The translations under genes were made by a program, and so were the position numbers. The notes under the pieces are model-generated. The model saw nothing but the letters and a program-made list of their open reading frames with translations. It ran no database searches and was not told the origin of the DNA. From an uncultured Thermococci archaeon (GTDB taxonomy: Archaea > Methanobacteriota_B > Thermococci > Methanofastidiosales > B48-G16), in NCBI GenBank assembly GCA_964595645.1, contig CAZQQT010000007.1:64001-128000 (forward strand): a stretch of DNA of 64,000 nucleotides. Direction: 5' to 3'. Numbering within the stretch: position 1 is the stretch's first letter; every line of letters starts with the position of its first letter. This document shows positions 31,177-40,702 of this stretch, one piece after another.

Positions 31177-32966
31177 TGCGAGGCGGATTCGGTCGTAGAA
31201 TTTCATCGGGTGATGAAGAAGATTTCTCCTTGAAACAGCTGGATAAACGAGCACTGAAATTTCTATTGAAATATCTCAAAAAACACACGAAGGTCCTATT
31301 GATCGCCATCGCCTGTATGGTGATAGTCACGTTGGCCAGTCTCGCCGGTCCCTTTTTAATCAAGATAGCCGTTGATGACTACATCATGGAGGGGGATATG
31401 GCTGGACTGAACTGGGTAGTGATACTGATGGTACTCTCGTATGGGATATACTGGCTTTTTTCCTACTTTCAGACCTACCTCTCCAACTGGATAGGGCAGA
31501 AGATCGTGGGAGATATCAGAGAGGATCTTTACCGTCATCTTCAGGAACTCTCCATCGACTTTTTCCACAAGCGCAATACAGGAGACATCATGTCTCGGGT
31601 TACCCATGATGTGAACGCCCTCTCCGATCTGGTGTCAACAGGGTTTGTCCACCTGCTCAATGATCTCCTCACCGTCACAGGGATTGTGGTAATAATGGTG
31701 GTATTAGACGTGAAACTGGCCCTGGTAAGTTTCATTACCATCCCCTTCATTTTCTTTGTGGTATACGTTCTTGGCAAAAGGATGAGGAAAGCATACAGAG
31801 GAGTCAGAGAAAAGCTGGCCGAACTAAACGCTGATGTTGAAGAAAATTTATCTGGAATTAGACTGATTCAAGCGTTAAATAGAGAGTCAATAAACACGGG
31901 CAAATTCAGTAGGTTGAGCTGGGAAAATTTAAAGGCAAACCTGAAGGCGGCCTCCTACTTCTCCCTTTTATTCCCAGTAATGAACCTGAGCAAAGTGTTC
32001 GGAGAAGCGTTGGTACTGGGATACGGAGGCTGGGGAATTGTTGAAGGAACCATCTCGTTAGGAGTTGTAATGGCTTTTATGGAATATGTACGGAGATTTT
32101 TTGCGCCGCTGGCTGATTTAAGCCAGGTGTACAATACGTACCAATCTGCCGGTGCGGCCTTAGACCGAATCTATGAGTACACGTCCATCGAACCCACAAT
32201 TGAAGAGCCGGAGACCCCCGTATCGCCGGGAACGGATGTAAAGGGACGGATCGAGTTTAACCATGTGACGTTTAATTACGGGAAAGAACCGGTGATCGAT
32301 GGGTTGAACCTGCGGATTGATCCGGGAGAGGTATTGGCCCTGGTAGGTCCTACCGGCGCAGGAAAAACAACGATTGTGAACCTTTTGACAAGACTCTACG
32401 ATGTGGATCACGGTGAAATTTTAATAGATGGAATCAACATAAAACAATACTCTATACACACTCTTCGATCCCTCATTTCAGTTGTGCCCCAGAATATATT
32501 CCTTTTTGATACCTCCATAAAAAACAATATTCGCTACGGTAAGCCGGGAGCCAGTGACAAGGAGATAGTTGAAATAACCAAACAGGTACAGGCCCATGAG
32601 TTCATCAAGGATTTGCCTAAAGGATATGAGACCCGTGTCGGTGAAGGAGGAGTCAAGCTTTCCGGCGGTCAGAAACAGTTGGTTTCATTCGCCCGGGCAA
32701 TGCTGGCCGATCCTACAATACTGATCCTTGATGAAGCCACCTCCAGTGTGGATGCCTACACAGAAGTCCTCATCCAGCGGGCCATGGAAACGTTGTTAAA
32801 AGGGAGGACGGTACTGATGATCGCCCACCGGTTTGCTACGCTGAATAAGGCAGAGAGAATCGGTGTGGTAGAAAATGGAAGAGTGACCGACACCGGCACT
32901 CATGACGAGCTTATGGAAAGAAACAAGGTGTATCGGGATCTGTATACCACGCAAAAAAGGGGTTAA
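31176..32966 (+). CDS. ABC exporter (TMD+NBD), heterodimer subunit 2
   Basis: TGDIMSRVT, GPTGAGKTT, LSGGQKQL, ILDEATSSVD. Confidence 0.92.
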   Translation: MRGGFGRRISSGDEEDFSLKQLDKRALKFLLKYLKKHTKVLLIAIACMVIVTLASLAGPFLIKIAVDDYIMEGDMAGLNWVVILMVLSYGIYWLFSYFQTYLSNWIGQKIVGDIREDLYRHLQELSIDFFHKRNTGDIMSRVTHDVNALSDLVSTGFVHLLNDLLTVTGIVVIMVVLDVKLALVSFITIPFIFFVVYVLGKRMRKAYRGVREKLAELNADVEENLSGIRLIQALNRESINTGKFSRLSWENLKANLKAASYFSLLFPVMNLSKVFGEALVLGYGGWGIVEGTISLGVVMAFMEYVRRFFAPLADLSQVYNTYQSAGAALDRIYEYTSIEPTIEEPETPVSPGTDVKGRIEFNHVTFNYGKEPVIDGLNLRIDPGEVLALVGPTGAGKTTIVNLLTRLYDVDHGEILIDGINIKQYSIHTLRSLISVVPQNIFLFDTSIKNNIRYGKPGASDKEIVEITKQVQAHEFIKDLPKGYETRVGEGGVKLSGGQKQLVSFARAMLADPTILILDEATSSVDAYTEVLIQRAMETLLKGRTVLMIAHRFATLNKAERIGVVENGRVTDTGTHDELMERNKVYRDLYTTQKRG

Positions 32967-32967
32967 A

Positions 32968-33125
32968 AAATAGAAGATTTCTTGAAGAAGGTGGAGAACA
33001 GATATAATCCGGAAAAAATCCTTGTGTTCGGCAGTAGAGCACGGGACGATCACCTCACTACCAGCGACTATGACGTGGTCACAAGTTTGAAGATATCCCC
33101 TTTCTTGAGAGAATCTCTCAACTCC
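32968..33125 (+). pseudogene. Minimal nucleotidyltransferase (MNT) remnant
   Basis: KIEDFLKKVENRYNPEKILVFGSRARDDHLTTSDYDVV, then a frameshift to KFEDIPFLERISQL; no proper start or end. Confidence 0.65.
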
Positions 33126-33245
33126 CCTTCATTCATCATACGATGCATCATATTTCGCTACATGTACGTAGGTTGTAGTTCTCCTAAGTGCCTAGAATAA
33201 GAATATACCATATTGGAGATATATTTAAATAATACGAAACGCTAG

Positions 33246-33596
33246 ATGTACATGGAGATGGAGAGAAAAATGAAAGAAGTAAAAGAAGTGTCGGAGGCAG
33301 TGAAAAGCATTCTAGACGAGATGGGAGTCGAATATAGAGAAGTGATGTTATTTGGGAGTAGAGCTACAGATATGTCTGAAAAAGAGAGTGATTGGGACCT
33401 TTTGGTGGTCCTTAAGAATCCTATCAATGCAAAAGAAAAGAAAACCCTGTGGGTTGAGATACATGAAAAATTCCATGAACGGTTCCCCTTTACGTCTATC
33501 GACATTATCGTAAAAGACGCAGACTCGTTTGAGAGGGAAAAAACAATCGCGAATACCATCTCCAATGAAGTGTATTTGGAAGGAATCCGTATATGA
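33246..33596 (+). CDS. Minimal nucleotidyltransferase (MNT) antitoxin
   Basis: MLFGSRAT...SDWDLLVV, IDIIV. Confidence 0.88.
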   Translation: MYMEMERKMKEVKEVSEAVKSILDEMGVEYREVMLFGSRATDMSEKESDWDLLVVLKNPINAKEKKTLWVEIHEKFHERFPFTSIDIIVKDADSFEREKTIANTISNEVYLEGIRI

Positions 33597-33878
33597 AAGA
33601 AAAAATAGTACTCCGTTGGATGGAAAAGGCAAGGAATGATCTGAAAGTTGTCGAGCATTAAATAGGCGTAGACGACGCACCCACAGATATGCTCTTATTT
33701 CATTGTCAGTAAGCCGTTGAGAAATACCTAAAGGCCTACTTGACATGGTGCGATGTCCGAATTAGAAAAACACATGATCTTGAAACTATTCTCTATCACT
33801 GTATAGAAAAGGGTAAAAAATTTTATAGCCGAAAGACTAGAGAAAAAAGGATTTAAAGGTACTAAAAATAATGAATAG
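33593..33878 (+). pseudogene. HEPN domain toxin pseudogene
   Basis: MKEKIVLRWMEKARNDLKVVEH*...FHCQ*AVEKYLKAYL...KTHDLETIL. In-frame TAA at 33659 and 33710, plus an apparent internal deletion/frameshift before VKNFIAERL. Confidence 0.85.
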
Positions 33879-34026
33879 AACGAGAAGATTACTATATAAT
33901 ATTATTTATTTCAAAAAGCGTTGAAAACGCACCAAGGCTCTGTATATCAAGACCCTGGTACCTGTAAGTGTACTATTCTGTGATCGGAAAGGAAAACATA
34001 TTTAACGATATACCCACAAAGAGGGT

Positions 34027-35043
34027 ATGGGATCGGTGGAGAACACACGAATTATCGTGATATCAGACACACACCTGGGACACAGCCGCGCGAATGTCAC
34101 AGCGTTCAATGCGTTTCTACAATGGCTCGCCAAGGGAGATCTCCGGGTACGAACAACAGACGGGGAACGGGAGCTGCCGTACCCCGATACGCTTCTCCTC
34201 CTCGGTGATATCCTCGAACTCTGGGAGCCGGCGAACGACAGTTTCGGATCGGTGGGAGACCAGTCGAAAATGCTGCTGGAGAAACTGATCGAGCTCCCCT
34301 GTAAGAAGATCTACGTTCTCGGGAACCACGACACGAGTCTCGAGGAGCTGCGGGCGAAGAAGTACCGGCTGCCCGGTGGCGACTTCGAGATATTCTACAA
34401 CCATTTTCCCGCAGAGGTCACGGATACGGTGACCATCGGGGCACAGAAGTACTTCTTTATGCACGGCCACCAGTTCGACAAAGACACGCGGAAGTTCGGG
34501 AAGTGGGGTGAGATCGGTCCGTCGATCCTCCTCTCCCTACAGAAAATCAATAAGAAGATGTTTCGTCTTCACGGGTTCGGATCGCTCCTGCTCGCACTAC
34601 TCTTCTACTGTCTCCACCTGTACTTCGGCGATACCTGCCCACTCTACGGGACTGCCGCCCTCTCCCCCTTCTGGGGCACGAATCTCCTCTGGCGGATGGG
34701 ACGGCCTGTGGCGAGACGGTTCTGTAAGGCGCGGGAGGAGCGTATCTACTCTATTGTGGAACATGGATGGTACGAGGCTGCACGGGACACCATCGCCGCA
34801 GACAACCTCGTGTTTGCCCACACGCACGCCCCAGGAATCGAACGGGGCGACAGGCTGGAGCGTACCACAGGGAAACGGGTAAACAAGGAGCTGCTGGTGA
34901 ACAGCGGGTCGTGGTTTTCCGGGGAGACAATTGAGAACACCTTTCTCTATATCGATGCCGACGCGATCCTCCTTTTTAAATGGGGGGAGATACCGGAGCT
35001 CGTGATGAAGCACTCCGTGAGAGGAGAAGATAAATTTAAATAG
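34027..35043 (+). CDS. Calcineurin-like metallophosphoesterase with membrane segment
   Basis: ISDTHLG, LLGDILE, LGNHD, MHGH, FAHTH, NSGSW. Confidence 0.85.
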   Translation: MGSVENTRIIVISDTHLGHSRANVTAFNAFLQWLAKGDLRVRTTDGERELPYPDTLLLLGDILELWEPANDSFGSVGDQSKMLLEKLIELPCKKIYVLGNHDTSLEELRAKKYRLPGGDFEIFYNHFPAEVTDTVTIGAQKYFFMHGHQFDKDTRKFGKWGEIGPSILLSLQKINKKMFRLHGFGSLLLALLFYCLHLYFGDTCPLYGTAALSPFWGTNLLWRMGRPVARRFCKAREERIYSIVEHGWYEAARDTIAADNLVFAHTHAPGIERGDRLERTTGKRVNKELLVNSGSWFSGETIENTFLYIDADAILLFKWGEIPELVMKHSVRGEDKFK

Positions 35044-35071
35044 AAAAAGTAGAAGAGGAGTATAGAGTCCT

Positions 35072-35326
35072 ATGAAATCAGTAGATATTCCTGAGGATGT
35101 ACTAGCCTCAATAAAAATACCGGAAGAAGATATGGAGAAAGTGTTAAAGGTAGAGTTGGCGATAGCTCTTTATCAGCGGGGTATTATTTCACTAGGAAAA
35201 GCAAGAAAAATGGCAGAAATGGACAAATGGGAGTTTTTGGAGGAACTTGGCAAACGAAAAATTTCGCCTCACTACACAGAGAAAGAATTGAAGGAGGATA
35301 TAAACTTTGCTAGAGGTAATAAGTAA
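35072..35326 (+). CDS. UPF0175 family protein (putative antitoxin)
   Basis: ELAIALYQRGIISLGKARKMAEMDKWEF...YTEKELKED. Confidence 0.88.
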   Translation: MKSVDIPEDVLASIKIPEEDMEKVLKVELAIALYQRGIISLGKARKMAEMDKWEFLEELGKRKISPHYTEKELKEDINFARGNK

Positions 35327-35794
35327 CTCATCGCCGCTCATCCATCTTGCGAAAATAGGAAGATTAAATCTATTATCATGCTTTTTTGATGGAGTAGTTA
35401 TTCCTGAAGCAGTATATAGAGAATGTGTTGTTGAAGGGGAAGATAAAAAGGACGCAAAAAGGATTAAAATGGCGGAATGGATTAGTGTAGAAAAAATAAG
35501 AAATAAAGAGCTAAAAAAAGCATTTATGATGATTTTAGATGAGGGAGAAGCAGAAACAATTGTACTAGCGCTGGAAAAGTCTGCCGATCTTCTCCTCCTA
35601 GATGAATATGAAGCAAGAAAAGTGGCAAGAACCTACAACTTACCTATTACGGGACCATTGGTATACTGCTAAAGGCAACGTATGGAGGAAAAATACCAAC
35701 ACTGAAGAATGAATTGGACAATTTAAGAGGTACGGGTTTCTGGTTGCATGAAGAATTATATAAGAAAATATTGAGAAAAGTAGACGAATTATAA
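35307..35794 (+). pseudogene. DUF3368 PIN-domain protein, frameshifted near 35654
   Basis: VISNSSPLIHL, LDEGEAETI, LLLDE. The expected ITGTIGILLKA reads acg-gga-cca (one A missing); the shifted frame continues ...GFWLHEELYKKIL to TAA at 35794. Confidence 0.8.
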
Positions 35795-35811
35795 ATTTAA
35801 AACCTCTATTC

Positions 35812-36992
35812 TTAGATCTCCGGTTTCGCTTTATACTTGAACTGTTTCTCGTACAGCTGCTCCGCCCGTTCCAGGGTATCCGCATCCTCCGGTGACTTAT
35901 CGTACCGAATACTCGTGATCCGCGCAAACCGGAGCATACCCTGACTCGTACTGCGGACTCTGCTGGATCTCATTAAACGCGACTTCCACCACAAGCTCGG
36001 GCCGAACGTAGACCGTGTACGCATCTTCATCCCGTTTCAACTCCAGCAACGTCTCCGTGAGCTCCTGGAACTGGGCGTCCGTGGGCCCCTTGAAGGTTTT
36101 CCCAGCATATGCCCCTTCCGGGTGGCGAGATGGTAGTTGCTCAACCAGTTCTTCCTGCGTCCATGGCCCCACTCCGCCGCGATGATGAGGAGATCCAGGG
36201 TCTCGGTGGGCTTGATCTTTTTCCACGTTTTCTCGCGTTTTCCCGGAATATACGGGCTGTCCAGCTCCTTCACCATCACTCCCTCGTGGCCGGCACTGAT
36301 CGCCTCCTCCAGAAAATGACGAGTCTCCTCCTTCTCGTCGGTGATAATCCTCTTTACCATGAAGGATCCGGCGAACTCGCTGAGGAATTCCGTCCGTTTT
36401 CTATACAGTTCATCGAGGAGCGTCTCGCCATTCAAATAGAGAAGATCGAAGAGGTAGAGCTTCAGCGGAATCTCCTCGGTAGCCGCCATCACATCATGGA
36501 TGCGCCGAAACCGTCGGAGGAGCTCCTGGAAGGGTAACGGTTTTCCGTCTTTCTCCGCGACGACCTCGAGAACGATCCCCTCGCTGGCACCGATTCGCAT
36601 CTCTCCAAAGATCGTCTTCACGATGTGGTCTGCTCCAGCACGGAGGCCTGGCTGAGAAGGCTGGCCACAATCTGCTCCTTCCGTTTCCGCTGCGAGGTGC
36701 GCGCGATCTTGCGGAAGTACTCGGACACATCCGTGATAGTCAGCTCCTGGTCGATCAGGGTTTCCTGGTGTTTTTCCCGTGCCTTCTGGACCGTGTTCCA
36801 CGAGACATCCAGTGTCGTGCTCGACGACTCGGGAAATATCTGGCCGGTGATGAGGAGGACGGCCGGCGCGATCTCATCCTCATTCAACTGCTGCAGAAAC
36901 GTAGCGAGGTACTGAATTTTCTCCAGCCGCTTTGTGGTGGACGCCACCCGCTCACAACACGCTGCCAGCGCCCGGAACTTCATGATATCCAC
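35812..36992 (-). pseudogene. lig: ATP-dependent DNA ligase pseudogene
   Basis: Fragments in several frames: N-terminal domain (RLEKIQYLA), GEMRIGASEG, PLPFQ, LYLFDLLYLNG, HEGVMVK, YIPGKR..WKKIK, AEWGHGRR..WLS, VVEVAFNEIQ.SP.Y, FARI..IR.DK. The KxDG motif region is missing. Confidence 0.9.
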
Positions 36993-37996
36993 CTGTCCAA
37001 CGACGACGTCCCGTGGAGACGGCGCATTCTCGTGGTGATCCGCTCGATGCTCGTGTCGGAGAAATCTCTGACCCGGAGGAACGCCACGAGCTCGTCCTCG
37101 CAGTACTGCGTGTACTCGAGCGTGTACTCGTCCGTGACCTTTGGATGTAAGAAAATCTCTTTGATCGCGCTATAGGTGTCCGGAAGGTTTTCGCGGATCT
37201 CCGACGGGAGATCCTCCAGATGTCCATGGGATTTGAGGAGCTTCAGGCCTGTTTTGGGACCGATACCACTGATACCCTGGGTGAAGTCGTTGCCGATGAG
37301 AATAGAGAGTTCCACGAGCTGTTCCCGTGTGATCCCATGGTGATCCAGGAACTGCTGGAGATCGATAACCTCCGGTTCGTACTTCCTGAACCGTCCTGAC
37401 GACGGAAGGTGCTCCTTCCCCTGAATGGTTACGTACCGTACCTGGCGGTTCGCCCCGAATAACAGCGTGTCGTAGTCCCGGCTGGCCGCAGCGTAGACAT
37501 CCTTCGTCATGTACGCCGCCTGTACCTCCGCCTCCGACGGCGCTTGCACATACGGGATGCCGAGATACGTCAACAGTTGTTTCGCCTCCTCCACCATCTC
37601 GTTGGTGAGAGACGAGGTCATGGTTGATTTTGAGTACGCGGTGGCGTAATCCTCCTTTTCCAGTGCCTCCTTCCACTCCTCCCATGCCTTCTTCTTTACC
37701 TCCCGCCGTTTTTCGATCTCCGCTTGTTTGAGCTGAGGTGGTGTGCCATCGAACACGTAGACCAGCCGGAGATGGTGATCGCTGAGCAGTCGGGTAGCCC
37801 TGGAGGCGAGTCCGATCAGATGAGAAGTGACGTTGCCTCGGCTATCGGTGAGAGATCTCCCGCTGCGTGTCCTGATTAACGCGAGAAACTGGTAGAGCAC
37901 GTTGTTCGCATCGACCGCAAGTGTCGTGCCCGAGAGCGCGGAGAGACTCACGACTTTTTTCGTGATAATCGGGGTGAAGTTCACGCCCATACCCAT
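36980..37996 (-). CDS. fen: Flap endonuclease-1
   Basis: MGV, AVDANNVLYQFL, VFDG, APSEAEVQAA, SRDYDTLLFG, GNDF, GIGPKTG; C-terminal PIP-like SSLDRW. Confidence 0.93.
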   Translation of the reverse strand: MGMGVNFTPIITKKVVSLSALSGTTLAVDANNVLYQFLALIRTRSGRSLTDSRGNVTSHLIGLASRATRLLSDHHLRLVYVFDGTPPQLKQAEIEKRREVKKKAWEEWKEALEKEDYATAYSKSTMTSSLTNEMVEEAKQLLTYLGIPYVQAPSEAEVQAAYMTKDVYAAASRDYDTLLFGANRQVRYVTIQGKEHLPSSGRFRKYEPEVIDLQQFLDHHGITREQLVELSILIGNDFTQGISGIGPKTGLKLLKSHGHLEDLPSEIRENLPDTYSAIKEIFLHPKVTDEYTLEYTQYCEDELVAFLRVRDFSDTSIERITTRMRRLHGTSSLDRWIS

Positions 37997-38020
37997 AAGA
38001 GGGAACGAAAGTATAAAAGT

Positions 38021-39163
38021 TTACTCAAAAAGGTACGCGTACTCGTTGAACAGCGGATCGTCCATGAACGCTTTCTCCGCCTCCTGGAGACTCATGGGGA
38101 GTGAGGTCACGCCGTTTTTTTCCCGTGCAGCCTCATCGTACTCGTAAACGTTATCTTTCACAGGATTGGGAAGCGTGCCATCGCCGGAGAGCCCTGCCTT
38201 CAACAGGAAGAAAAAGGCGAGATAGGGGTTGCATGTCGGATCGGGAGAACGTATTTCTATTCGTCCTGAAGGCGGCACACGGATCAGCGCAGAACGGTTG
38301 GAGTGTCCCCAGCAGACGTACTTCGGTGCTTCCTGCTCACCGAACCGCTTGTAGGAGTTCTTCACCGGGTTCGTCACGCGGGTTAACCCCCGGATATGGT
38401 AGAGCTGTCCCGCGATAAACCGTTTCCCACGATCCGTCAGTTTACCGTTATAGAAAAGGTTCTTTCCATTCTTTCGCAGTTCTTGGTGAACGTGCATCCC
38501 GGAGCCGGCCTCATTTTCAAACGGTTTTGGGAGGAACGATACTTCGACACCGTACTGCGTACAGAGCCGCTTTAATGTTTCTCTACAGAAAAGAATGCTA
38601 TCTGCCACGCGCAACGCAGCGGTAGGAAGAAACTCCAGCTCGTACTGGCCTCTTCCGTTCTCATGGTGAAACTTCTCCACAGAAATTCCTTCTCTCTCCA
38701 GAACCACAACGAGATCGTCGAGGATTCGGTGGCCGAGCGTATCGGCAGTGGTGAGGTACGAGTCTTCATCTATCGGGTCTCCTCCTTGTGTCAGGAAAAA
38801 CTCCAGCTCCGGTTTGAGGGTATACGCCGCGTCCTCTTCAGCTAACGCTGTCTTCAGCAGTGAACGTGTGCACTTCTTGTACGGTTTTCCGTCGGGATGG
38901 ACGATATCACACATAAGCCATCCCTCTGTTCTCTCTCCATTCACTATTTTTAAAGAGGCGAGATCCGGTTTGAGCCGCATATCGCTTCGGAAAATGCTGC
39001 CGAATCGGGGAATGGATGAACTGTCAAATCCAATGCCCTCCTCCCTCGCTTTCTCAAACACGGACGGCGTGATGGAAAGTGTGTAGATCCTCCCGGGTAC
39101 ATCGACAAATTTCAACCGGATAATCGCAATTTCCTGTACGACATCCTCTATCTCATGATTCAT
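38021..39163 (-). CDS. glnA: Glutamine synthetase type I family protein (short)
   Basis: FDSSSI, PELEFFL, HHENGRGQYE, FLPKP, GSGMHVH, NSYKR, EAP, NRSALIRVP, RIEIRSPDPTCNPYL. Confidence 0.82.
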   Translation of the reverse strand: MNHEIEDVVQEIAIIRLKFVDVPGRIYTLSITPSVFEKAREEGIGFDSSSIPRFGSIFRSDMRLKPDLASLKIVNGERTEGWLMCDIVHPDGKPYKKCTRSLLKTALAEEDAAYTLKPELEFFLTQGGDPIDEDSYLTTADTLGHRILDDLVVVLEREGISVEKFHHENGRGQYELEFLPTAALRVADSILFCRETLKRLCTQYGVEVSFLPKPFENEAGSGMHVHQELRKNGKNLFYNGKLTDRGKRFIAGQLYHIRGLTRVTNPVKNSYKRFGEQEAPKYVCWGHSNRSALIRVPPSGRIEIRSPDPTCNPYLAFFFLLKAGLSGDGTLPNPVKDNVYEYDEAAREKNGVTSLPMSLQEAEKAFMDDPLFNEYAYLFE

Positions 39164-39493
39164 GTAATTTATTAGGAGGAAATCTATAAAAAACTTACGA
39201 AATAGGTTTTATAAACATTTGGAGAACTTCAATACGAAAAATGTAGATTTTGTTTATCTTTTATCCAATTTTTTGTGATAGTATGTACCTAACTTAGCAA
39301 GAAAAGAACATGTGTGAAAAACACCGAGAGTGTCTTGATCACTTTTGCGAAAGGGAAAATGTTTTAGTAAAAAGGCGAAAATATAAGCTTATTTGTGTAA
39401 AAAAGCTTATAAATAGGCTTATATCAGTAATAGTAGTGATAAAAATGAGAAAAGAAGAAATAACAAAAATCAAAAAATTACGAGGTGAGAACC

Positions 39494-39553
39494 ATGGAAG
39501 GATTTGAGCTTGTGTACATACTGGAACACGAGATGAGACAGAAGAAGAAATAA
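39494..39553 (+). CDS. Putative 19-aa micro-peptide MEGFELVYILEHEMRQKKK
   Basis: GAGGTGA SD 5 nt upstream, TTATAAAT TATA-like box near 39407, and a long T-rich tract right after the stop codon. Confidence 0.45.
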   Translation: MEGFELVYILEHEMRQKKK

Positions 39554-39750
39554 TTATTTTTTTCTCTTTTTTTCTGATCACATTTTTACATCCGCTATCC
39601 TGTGATCGTTTGCCCATCACCTTATGTCATCTTCCGTGTACCTCTATCCTGGTATGATGGACGATCGATGGAGAAGGAAAACCATCTGACATTCATATAC
39701 TCCCTCACTTCAGCGATAAAGTTTTAAATGCTACCATATACGGAATTGTA

Positions 39751-40701
39751 ATGAATAAAAGAGAAAAGAAACCAAGTTTTTGGGAGATGGTACGGTTACC
39801 CTTCCTATTCGCTATAATAGTTCCTCTAATCTCTGGTACTGTAGTTTCAATTTCTATCTCTGGTTCTTTTAACTTTTTTGGATTTGCACTTGTATCTATT
39901 ATTGGAATCAGTCTCCACATCACAACGAACGTGTACAACGATATATACGATACAAAACAGGGGGCAGACAATGAAAAATCGAAGAAGAGTGAATTTAGTG
40001 GTGGATCGGGGATACTCGTTGAACATCCAGATCTCCTTCCACAGATGTATACGATCGCCAGAAGTGGAATCGTCGTGGGACTGATATGCACCTTCTTACT
40101 CATGTTCTTTATCGATCCGCATCTATGGGTCCCTCTCTGGGCAATCATCGGTATCTCAGTGTTTTTTAGTAAATATTACACGGCTGAACCCATCAAGTTC
40201 GCGTATCGAGGAGTGGGTGAGATCGTCGTATGGATCGGTTTCGGTCCTCTCGCTGTATTACTCGCTGGGCTCGGCCAAAATATAGGTTTTCATCCCACCT
40301 TGGTATCCATCTCCCCTATCACCGGGTTTGCCACTCTTTTCATCGTGTGGATGGGTGAGATGGTCGATCTCCCGACGGACATTGAGGGGGGGAAGCGAGG
40401 GTTGGTGGTCCGGCTGGGATTTAAAAAGTCGAGGTACGGCTTGATTGCAGTCCATATACTCGCTCTAACCAATAGTGCGCTTGTAGCATTTCTCATTTTT
40501 AACCCGGGCTGGCCTCTCTTGATCACCCTCGTTCCCTATGCTGTATTTTGGCCAAAGATATGGTCTGGGATGAAAGGGATGAATAGATACGAGGAAAAAA
40601 TAAAAAATATCTCTAAACTGAATTTTGGATTGTATGCTTCATTTTCTTTTTTTCTAATGGGTGGATATGGAATTGATCTGTTGTTAAAAACATATTTTTA
40701 G
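39751..40701 (+). CDS. menA: UbiA-family prenyltransferase, MenA/UBIAD1-like
   Basis: RLPF, NVYNDIYDTKQGAD, GGSG, YTAEP...YRGVGE, DLPTDIEGGKR. Confidence 0.8.
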   Translation: MNKREKKPSFWEMVRLPFLFAIIVPLISGTVVSISISGSFNFFGFALVSIIGISLHITTNVYNDIYDTKQGADNEKSKKSEFSGGSGILVEHPDLLPQMYTIARSGIVVGLICTFLLMFFIDPHLWVPLWAIIGISVFFSKYYTAEPIKFAYRGVGEIVVWIGFGPLAVLLAGLGQNIGFHPTLVSISPITGFATLFIVWMGEMVDLPTDIEGGKRGLVVRLGFKKSRYGLIAVHILALTNSALVAFLIFNPGWPLLITLVPYAVFWPKIWSGMKGMNRYEEKIKNISKLNFGLYASFSFFLMGGYGIDLLLKTYF

Positions 40702-40702
40702 A

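Noticed and set aside
39310-39507. 65-aa Lys-rich ORF
   Set aside because: Spans AT-rich promoter-like DNA without a good SD; the SD-supported 19-aa ORF is more plausible.
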